Source: Acaryochloris marina S15
Lineage (GTDB): Bacteria; Cyanobacteriota; Cyanobacteriia; Thermosynechococcales; Thermosynechococcaceae
Assembly: GCF_018336915.1 (NCBI RefSeq)
Contig: NZ_CP064923.1
Span: forward strand, 5,340,001-5,372,000
DNA: 32,000 nucleotides
Direction: 5' to 3'
Under the pieces are notes generated by a model, which saw only the letters and a program-made list of their open reading frames with translations, had not been told where the DNA came from and did not search any database. How positions within the stretch are numbered: the first letter of the stretch is position 1; each line of letters begins with the position of its first letter. Positions 19,374 through 25,902 of the stretch are shown in pieces. The position numbers were made by a program, and so were the translations under genes.

Positions 19374-19584
19374 CCTCGATTTAAACTCACTTGATTCCAA
19401 CAAATTTTTCGAGAAACAGATCCAATCACCAACCCCTAGCGTATACCCCTACAGATTGCTGAATAAAAGGATGTTGATGACGAAGTCTGCCCGAGGGTGG
19501 ACAAGCTTCTGTTGCCTATTATCAGTCAATTTGCAGCCTTTTCTGGTTGCTGTCAACGCATCTATGTACTCGCAGGAGATAGAC

Positions 19585-20838
19585 ATGCTATTGAACCCTC
19601 GTCAAAATCAGGCAAAAACCCGCCGTTTCTCGGCTAAATCCTTGTTAAAGCTCAGTGGCGTTGTTTTAGGGATGGGCCTGACCTTGGGCAGTTTTGCGCC
19701 CGTTACCTTGGCTTCGGATCATGATGATGGTGAAACTAACACTAAAAGCCGCAATCTGAATCTGACTGACTTGTATGTGTTCCGGGAAGGCGATCAAAAT
19801 CCCAACGCCTCCACCGATGATTTGGTTTTGATTATGAATACCAACCCCCGCTCAGTGGCGCGGCAGCAATACTATTTCAATAACAAGGCCCGCTACGAAT
19901 TCCATATTGCTCGTACAACCGATAACGACGCTACCCCCACGGGCAAGCCGGATGTGACTCTGCGGTTTGAATTTAGTAAACCCAAGCCCAATCAAACTCA
20001 GACCATCAAAATCACCACGATTCGAGATGGCAGTTCCCATGTAGGCAAGGCGGTGACCACCCCCCTAAATAGCAAACCCCACACGGCCCAAGTCCCCATG
20101 GGTGATCAAAACTTCTCCGTTTTTGCGGGACTACGAGAAGATCCTTTCTTCTTTGATGTGGAGCAGTTTTTCCGGGTCCGGGCTGGCGCATTAGGCAAAG
20201 GTCCTACGGTGGGCTTCCGGGACCCTGACAAGGCTGTGGACTTTACCACCGGGTATAACGTAAATGCGATCGCAGTTCGTATCCCCATCAAATTCCTTCA
20301 AAACAAGTCTGCCAACACCACCTTTGACGTTTGGCAAACCATCTCTGTTCGAGGCAAAGGCGGCAAATATCGGCAGGTGGAACGCTTGGCTCGTCCAGCA
20401 GTAAACGAAGGGCTGATTGTTTCCAATGCTTTCCTCAATGCTCTCAATAGTGTCGGTCCTGACTTTGAGGCGGCTGCCCTAGCCGGACAAAAGCCTGCTG
20501 CGAAAGTTGCAGGTCCTATCGTCAGTGAAGCCGCTCAAACTCTAAAAGCCATTGGCAACGATGACCAGCGTACTACCACCTTGCTCCAAGCCTTCTTGCC
20601 CGACGTGATGCGGATTGATACCACGGATGCCAGTGGTTATGGCAATGCTCTGAATAGTAAAGGCAGTCCTATTCGTGGTCGCTTACTCAAAGACGACGTG
20701 ATAGATATCACCCTGAGTGTTTTGACCAACGGGGCCATCACCACGGATAACGTTTCCTACGACGGCACCCCTGGCAATCCCTCCCAAGGCCACAGTCCCC
20801 TCCAAACCCAGTTTCCTTACCTAGCTCTTCCCAACTAA
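19585..20838 (+). CDS. secreted DUF4331-family protein
   Basis: AGGAGA Shine-Dalgarno 5 nt upstream of ATG 19585. The signal peptide reads ...VVLGMGLTLGSFAPVTLA|SDHDDGE. The mature N-terminus SDH.D...(N)..LTDLYVF followed by YEFHI is the pattern I associate with DUF4331. The track start at 19357 adds 76 non-signal residues and overlaps the sigma gene's 5' end on the opposite strand. Confidence 0.6.
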   Translation: MLLNPRQNQAKTRRFSAKSLLKLSGVVLGMGLTLGSFAPVTLASDHDDGETNTKSRNLNLTDLYVFREGDQNPNASTDDLVLIMNTNPRSVARQQYYFNNKARYEFHIARTTDNDATPTGKPDVTLRFEFSKPKPNQTQTIKITTIRDGSSHVGKAVTTPLNSKPHTAQVPMGDQNFSVFAGLREDPFFFDVEQFFRVRAGALGKGPTVGFRDPDKAVDFTTGYNVNAIAVRIPIKFLQNKSANTTFDVWQTISVRGKGGKYRQVERLARPAVNEGLIVSNAFLNALNSVGPDFEAAALAGQKPAAKVAGPIVSEAAQTLKAIGNDDQRTTTLLQAFLPDVMRIDTTDASGYGNALNSKGSPIRGRLLKDDVIDITLSVLTNGAITTDNVSYDGTPGNPSQGHSPLQTQFPYLALPN

Positions 20839-20857
20839 GTCTTCCTAGAGCCGCTTG

Positions 20858-20910
20858 CTTTCATCCTTTGCGGATCTCTCGGCCCTCGCTCGCAAGGGAT
20901 GAAAGTTTTA
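20858..20910 (+). terminator. intrinsic terminator/attenuator-like hairpin between the DUF4331 and TPR genes
   Basis: CTTTCATCCTTTGCG (20858-20872) pairs with CGCAAGGGATGAAAG (20891-20905), giving a 15-bp stem with one mismatch and an 18-nt loop. TTTTA follows. Confidence 0.5.
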
Positions 20911-20933
20911 CTTGTCCACCATGAGGTTTTGCA

Positions 20934-22259
20934 ATGATTTTGAATATCTGGAAATGGTCCCGTACCTCCTTTCTCTCAGGAGTTACGTTGACCCTAGTTC
21001 TGGGGATGAGCGTTGATCAGCCCGCCCAAGCAGGTGAATCCCATACCCATACCGCCGAGCATTCGGTAACGGATGCCCTTCGTCGCGAGATTGCCTTTTA
21101 CCAAAATCGGATTCAAGCCAATCCCAAAGATGGATTGGACCGTGCCGCTCTTGCTACCCTTTACCTGCAGCTAGCGACCTCCACTGGTAACACCCACTGG
21201 TATCACGAAGCAGAAGAAACAGCGCTTCAGTCTTTGGCTAACTTACCCTTCAATAACCTCGAAGCCCAGCTTGCTCTCGCAAAAGTGGCCCAAGCTGAGC
21301 ATCAGTTTGCGGAAGCTCTACAGTTCGCCGAGGCAGTCCTGCAGGAAAATCCCAATCATCAGCAAGCCCTCTCAATTATCGTTACCAGCAAGTTGGCCCA
21401 AGGACAGCTTCCTCAAGCGCGACAAGTCGCCGATCAACTGGTGGAGCAAGCCCCGACTTTGGTCAGCTATACCCTCCGGGCTTTGGTGCTAGTCGCTCAA
21501 GGTCAAGATCAAGCAGCTCTCCAAGATTTTCAACAGGCCTTGGCGTTGGAACAACCTGATCAACCGTCTCAAGCCGCCTGGACCCGCACATTACTAGGTC
21601 GCTATCATGCCCATCGAGGTCAACTGCCAGTGGCGAAACAGTACTATCAAGAGGCCTTACATCTGCAACCCCATTCTTCCTTTGCCCAGGTCAAACTAGC
21701 AGAACTAGAAACCCGCCAAGGCAATTATGGTGCTGCAAAAACCCTCTACAAGCACTTACTCCAGCATCCAGAAGCTTCTCATGGACAAGACCATGTGGCT
21801 CTGCAGGGACTCGCCCAACTGCGAGTTTTAGAAGGGAAATTAGCTGAAGCCAATCAACTCTGGGCCGAAGCAGAACATGAGTTTCGCGATCATCAGGATC
21901 TGGATCATTTTGGTCATCGTCGGGATTTGGCGAAGCTACTGTTGGCGAGAGGTCGTCAAGCCGATTTGCAGGAAGCACTGACCCTGATGCAGACGGAAGT
22001 CAACATTCGCCGCGATTCTGAGACCTTGAAAACTTTGGCCTGGGCGTTGTCGCGGTTGGAACGGTATGGTGAGGCCCGGAGCGTATTGCAAGATGCGATC
22101 GCATTAGGCACACAAGATGCCAGCCTGTTCTATCGAGCCAGTTTAGTAGAAGCTGTCCTAGGCAATAAGGCTCAAGCTGATGTCTATGCTCAAAAAGCGT
22201 TAGCGATAGACCCCAATTTTAATACCCGAGCGAGAGCTTTATTGGCTTTGGGCGGGTAG
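20934..22259 (+). CDS. secreted TPR-repeat protein with His-rich segments
   Basis: 441 aa. Signal peptide ...LVLGMSVDQPAQA|GESHTHTAEHS. Multiple TPR units are present, e.g. AEALQFAEAVLQENPNHQQAL. A His/Asp-rich stretch reads EHEFRDHQDLDHFGHRRD. Confidence 0.7.
   Translation: MILNIWKWSRTSFLSGVTLTLVLGMSVDQPAQAGESHTHTAEHSVTDALRREIAFYQNRIQANPKDGLDRAALATLYLQLATSTGNTHWYHEAEETALQSLANLPFNNLEAQLALAKVAQAEHQFAEALQFAEAVLQENPNHQQALSIIVTSKLAQGQLPQARQVADQLVEQAPTLVSYTLRALVLVAQGQDQAALQDFQQALALEQPDQPSQAAWTRTLLGRYHAHRGQLPVAKQYYQEALHLQPHSSFAQVKLAELETRQGNYGAAKTLYKHLLQHPEASHGQDHVALQGLAQLRVLEGKLAEANQLWAEAEHEFRDHQDLDHFGHRRDLAKLLLARGRQADLQEALTLMQTEVNIRRDSETLKTLAWALSRLERYGEARSVLQDAIALGTQDASLFYRASLVEAVLGNKAQADVYAQKALAIDPNFNTRARALLALGG
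22095..22259 (+). repeat. direct repeat copy 1: the 3' end of the intact TPR gene, starting at HIP1 GCGATCGC
   Basis: These 165 bp align without gaps to 23063-23227, with about 21 mismatches by hand count. Both copies start with GCGATCGC and end at a stop codon. Confidence 0.9.
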
Positions 22260-22320
22260 TTTTTAGAAGCCGAAGGGTTGGAGTCTGTAATGGGGCATGG
22301 CACAAAACTATAGACCACCA

Positions 22321-22349
22321 TTGACAGTATATTCTCGATATGAGAATAT
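22321..22349 (+). promoter_or_regulatory. candidate higBA promoter with overlapping operator palindrome
   Basis: TTGACA (22321-22326) is followed 17 nt later by GAATAT. The inverted repeat ATATTCTC-gatat-GAGAATAT (22329-22349) spans the spacer and -10 region, as is typical for autoregulated TA operators. Confidence 0.45.
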
Positions 22350-22380
22350 GGTGCTATTGGTCTAGTTTGATGTTATCTCT

Positions 22381-22680
22381 GTGCATGTTATTAGTCGCAA
22401 AATTCTTCGAGACTTTTGTCAAAAGCATGCTGATTCTTGTGAAGCGCTATTTGCTTGGTACAGGGTTGCAACCAAGGCCCACTGGCAAAGCCTACCTCAA
22501 ATCCAAGCTAGTTACCCCAAAGCAGAAGCAGTCGGTAATTTCACCGTTTTCAATATTAAGGGCAATACTTATCGTTTAATTGTGGATATCAACTACGTTA
22601 AGCAGCGAATCTACATCAAATATATTCTGACTCACGCTGATTACGATAAAGACCTCTGGAAAAATGACCTTTACTTTTAA
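22381..22680 (+). CDS. higB: type II toxin HigB (RelE-fold mRNA interferase)
   Basis: 99 aa with a GTG start. MHVISRKILRDFCQKH...AWYRVATKAHWQSLPQIQASYPKAEAVGN..VFNIKGNTYRLIVDINY...IYIKYILTHADYD matches the HigB_toxin family pattern. Confidence 0.85.
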   Translation: MHVISRKILRDFCQKHADSCEALFAWYRVATKAHWQSLPQIQASYPKAEAVGNFTVFNIKGNTYRLIVDINYVKQRIYIKYILTHADYDKDLWKNDLYF

Positions 22681-23062
22681 TGCGGATACCTATAGTCAGT
22701 TGTTGGCGGAGTATCGTCCCAAGGTCATTGCTTCTGAGCAGGAAAACGAAGCTGCGATCTCACTTGCACAAGAGTTAGAACATCTCCCAAATCAAACCCC
22801 GGAGCAGGAAGCGCTTCTTGATCTACTGGTGATGCTGATTGAAAAGTATGAAGATACTGCTTATCCGATTCCTGTCAGTACCCCCCGTGAAGTATTGCTG
22901 CACTTAATGGAGGCTAAGGGATGTATTCAAGAAGATTTGGTGGGTGTTATTGGATCGCGAGGGGTTGTTTCTGAAGTGGTGAATGGTAAGCGAGGTATTA
23001 GTATCGCTCAAGCTAAATCTTTGGCTGATTACTTTGGCGTTGATGCAGGACTTTTTATCTAA
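22664..23062 (+). CDS. higA: type II antitoxin HigA (HTH-XRE)
   Basis: 132 aa, overlapping higB by 17 nt. The C-terminal HTH reads LVGVIGSRGVVSEVVNGKRGISIAQAKSLADYFGV. Confidence 0.8.
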   Translation: MTFTFNADTYSQLLAEYRPKVIASEQENEAAISLAQELEHLPNQTPEQEALLDLLVMLIEKYEDTAYPIPVSTPREVLLHLMEAKGCIQEDLVGVIGSRGVVSEVVNGKRGISIAQAKSLADYFGVDAGLFI

Positions 23063-23227
23063 GCGATCGCACTCGGCACTCAAGATGCCAGTCTGTTTTA
23101 TCGAGCCAGTTTAGTAGAAGCGGCCCTAGGCAATCAGCCTCAAGCCGATGTCTATACTCAAAAGGCATTAGCGATAGACCCCAATTTCGATACCCGAGCA
23201 AGATCCTTATTGGCTTTGGGAGGATAA
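23063..23227 (+). pseudogene. displaced duplicate of the TPR gene 3' end (last 54 codons plus stop), with no 5' part
   Basis: It starts at a HIP1 site immediately after the higA TAA. It encodes AIALGTQDASLFYRASLVEAALGNQPQADVYTQKALAIDPNFDTRARSLLALGG*. The intact gene ends with ...AIALGTQDASLFYRASLVEAVLGNKAQADVYAQKALAIDPNFNTRARALLALGG*. Confidence 0.85.
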
Positions 23228-23332
23228 GGTGATTTCTAGATCTAGATGAATGGCGATCAAGGTCTGGGAAAGTATGACAATGGAGACAGTGAAAATCTGC
23301 TTCAGAAAATAGTCACAACCTATCGACAACAA

Positions 23333-24487
23333 CTACTTTTTATCCAAACGACCTATACGGTTAAATGGGAAAAATCTTTTAGTCGCTTGGCCAATAATTT
23401 CACTTCGTTTAACCAGCCCCCAGCATCGACTATCGAGACTCAGGTCTCGGTGGTCTCCTAATACCAAATAGTGATCGGGAGGAATCGTTTGCGGTTGGGA
23501 TAAATAGATGGGAATAGGTGGATCAATGGGCCTGCTTTCTACGTCCATCGTTACATAATTGGAACGACAAGTTTCGGGGCTTGGACTCTCTGTCGTTCCC
23601 GACATTGTGTAAGGCTCTTGCAAGGGTTGATTATTAAGCCAGACAACATTCTGTTTAATCTCAACTACATCACCTGAGATGCCAATAATCCGCTTTACAA
23701 AAGCATTCTCAAAGCCACCTTGTTTTAATGCCTGAGTGGGTTTAAACAGAATAATATCTCTTCGTTTTGGAGTTTGAAAGAGATAACTCACTTTATCTAC
23801 AACGATACGATCATTAATCTTTAGAGTTGGCTCCATTCCGCCAGATGAAATATACCGAGCTTCGACAATCAATGAACGAATAGCGAGGGCGAATATGACA
23901 GATAGGGCGATCGGGGCAATAATCAGCAGTAGAAATAATTTTAATATGATATTTTTGCTGCTTTTACGTTGATCTGAGGCAGCTTGATAAGCATGGTTAG
24001 CGACAAAGGGTAACACAAACCACAGCCCCAAGAAGACGAACCCCGGAGCATAAATCCAAGTTAGGATTTCAGCCACAATTAGAATCGAGCCCAGAATCCA
24101 TTTCCCCATGTAAAGATGGCCAGCGCCTAATACAAAACGGCTTAGGAACACGGCAAGCCAAGGATCTTTGAGCGTTTTTCGATGATTTTCAAATGCTGAA
24201 TCGTTGTTACGAATCGCAGCTCGATAGGCACTGATCCAACTTCCAAACCCCAATAATAGGAATAGGGCTATTGCACCAAAACCGATCAGCCCAGTCTCTT
24301 GGGCCGTAATGACTGAGAAAAGGGACAGCACAAATAGGGCTAAGTACGTAACAATGATGCCCCACCCTTGTAAGGGTTTGCCAGCATAAAGATGTCCTAA
24401 TCCCGGTAAAATCATCGACCAATTGACTGCGAGCCAAGGCTCTTTGGAGGATGGCTTACCGCTAGTCTCTGGTTCTTTATCAAGCAT
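23333..24487 (-). CDS. signal peptidase I (S26) homolog with a ~200-aa multi-TM N-terminal extension and Gly at the nucleophile-Ser position
   Basis: S26 boxes: ISSGGMEPTL (box B, canonical SxSM.PTL), RRDIILFKP, FVKRIIGISGDVV (Lys box), and LVLGDHRDLSLDSRCWGLV. ATG at 24487 is preceded by GGAGGA. The track start at 24499 is a TTG. Confidence 0.7.
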   Translation of the reverse strand: MLDKEPETSGKPSSKEPWLAVNWSMILPGLGHLYAGKPLQGWGIIVTYLALFVLSLFSVITAQETGLIGFGAIALFLLLGFGSWISAYRAAIRNNDSAFENHRKTLKDPWLAVFLSRFVLGAGHLYMGKWILGSILIVAEILTWIYAPGFVFLGLWFVLPFVANHAYQAASDQRKSSKNIILKLFLLLIIAPIALSVIFALAIRSLIVEARYISSGGMEPTLKINDRIVVDKVSYLFQTPKRRDIILFKPTQALKQGGFENAFVKRIIGISGDVVEIKQNVVWLNNQPLQEPYTMSGTTESPSPETCRSNYVTMDVESRPIDPPIPIYLSQPQTIPPDHYLVLGDHRDLSLDSRCWGLVKRSEIIGQATKRFFPFNRIGRLDKK

Positions 24488-24705
24488 GTTCTCCTCCAAA
24501 TACTGGCTAACTTAGGTCAAAGTATAAGATTCATGGGCATGCTTTCGAATGAAGAAATTGTGCAGTTAGATAAGGGGTATCCGTTATTGAACACCATCTA
24601 GGAAGTGAGTCTGCTGGAGCAGATGTTTCTGAGTGGGATGTGAAGTTTGCAGGCAGATTATCAGATTCAATATGCCATTGTTATTCGTAAACGCAAAAAT
24701 GGGCA

Positions 24706-25236
24706 TCAGTCTGAGGGCAATAGCTGACCATCTTCCATCTGGAGAATACGATCGGCCATATCGAGAATACGGTTGTCGTGAGTCACCAACATGACCGTAC
24801 ACCCTTCTTCTTGAGCCAGTTTTCGCATAATTTCCACTGCATCCCGACCTGTTTTGCTATCGAGGGCAGCGGTGGGTTCATCGGCGAGGACCAGTTTGGG
24901 GTAGCTGACGAGGGCGCGAGCAATGGCGACTCTTTGTTTCTGGCCCCCGGATAGATTGGCCGGATAGTAATTGATATGTTCTCCTAAGCCGACGGATTCC
25001 AGGATTGCGATGGTTTCCAACCGGCCTGTGGCCATCGCACGCTCCTGACGTTCCTCCACCGACAGATGAGTATGCAGCTTCAGAGACATACGCACATTCT
25101 CTTGAGCCGTCAGACAGTCCAGCAAATTATGGGATTGGAAGATAAAGCCAATCTGCTGACGGAGCTTGACCAGCTTTTTCTTGGGGCACCCAGGAGTTCT
25201 TGGCCCAGGAATTTGAGGCTGCCTTCCTGTTGCGAT
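24706..25236 (-). pseudogene. truncated, frameshifted duplicate of the devA 3' two-thirds (no Walker A)
   Basis: It aligns to 25903-26410 with roughly 90% identity by eye. It differs by a 24-nt insertion (25011-25034) and a 1-nt deletion in the T-run near 25178-25190. Homology stops at 25236, at the position of HIP1 26406-26413 in the intact gene. Confidence 0.85.
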
Positions 25237-25370
25237 TCGGTGCATCGGAGCGGCCGTCGACAAGGGAGGCGAAGTTAGTAGTCGTTCGTTGTCACTTGGT
25301 GGACTTATTCGTCAGGCTTTGTGAAAGCTGCACTTGTTACTATAGGCATAGTGATTGAGTGGCTACAGCC

Positions 25371-25577
25371 ATGATTTTTGATATCAAAATTGAGCAAGAA
25401 GAAGATGGGCGTTGGATTGCAGAGATTCCAAGCCTACCTGGAGTAATGCTCTATGGCCAAACCCCAGAGGAAGCAAAAGCTAAAGTAAAGGCTTTGGCAC
25501 TCAGGGTGCTCGCTGAACGTATTGAAAGTGGTGAAACTGAGCCTGAATTGGTCAGTGTTACGTTTAACGCTGCATGA
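25371..25577 (+). CDS. hicB: HicB-family (UPF0150) antitoxin, short form
   Basis: MIFDIKIEQEEDGRWIAEIPSLPGVMLYGQTPEEAKAKVKALALRVL is the HicB N-terminal fold pattern. The stop overlaps the next ATG (ATGA). An alternative GTG start lies at 25359. Confidence 0.75.
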   Translation: MIFDIKIEQEEDGRWIAEIPSLPGVMLYGQTPEEAKAKVKALALRVLAERIESGETEPELVSVTFNAA

Positions 25578-25792
25578 GTCAGTGGGGAAGCACTAAATCC
25601 AAAAGAGTCTTGGCAGCACTACTCAAAATTGGCTAGACCGTTAAACGTCAAACTGGTTCTCACCGTATTCTTTCCCGTGAAGGCTGGCCAGACTTTGTAT
25701 TCGCTTTCCATGATGGAGAAGAAATTGGTCCTCGCATGCTGGCACGGATTTCTAAGAAAACTGGACTTGAGCCTCGTGATATTGAAATTGAT
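25574..25792 (+). pseudogene. hicA: HicA-family toxin gene interrupted by an in-frame amber codon
   Basis: MSQWGSTKSKRVLAALLKIG-TAG-TVKRQTGSHRILSREGWPDFVFAFHDGEEIGPRMLARISKKTGLEPRDIEID. TAG at 25634-25636 occupies the position of the conserved Trp (..GW.....GSH). The same frame stays open afterwards to 25924. Confidence 0.75.
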
Positions 25793-25902
25793 AGACATGA
25801 CGCATCATCTAGCCATAGATGTTTGAGCTATCCTGTCAGTGTTTGCTGCTATAAATCTGAACATCGGCGACTCAGTTTGTCTGAGCTAAAACGCGACAGT
25901 GT

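Noticed and set aside
19357-19584. Upstream extension of the DUF4331 ORF (track start 19357).
   Set aside because: The extension overlaps the divergent sigma gene's 5' end, has no signal-peptide character and is preceded by no RBS. ATG 19585 has an AGGAGA Shine-Dalgarno sequence and yields a canonical signal peptide.
23235-23246. Perfect 12-bp palindrome TCTAGATCTAGA just after the displaced TPR gene end.
   Set aside because: It could be a protein-binding site or a junction scar, but it is short, AT-rich and unpaired with any other feature. It shows only superficial resemblance to the IS630 end (TATAGATCT).
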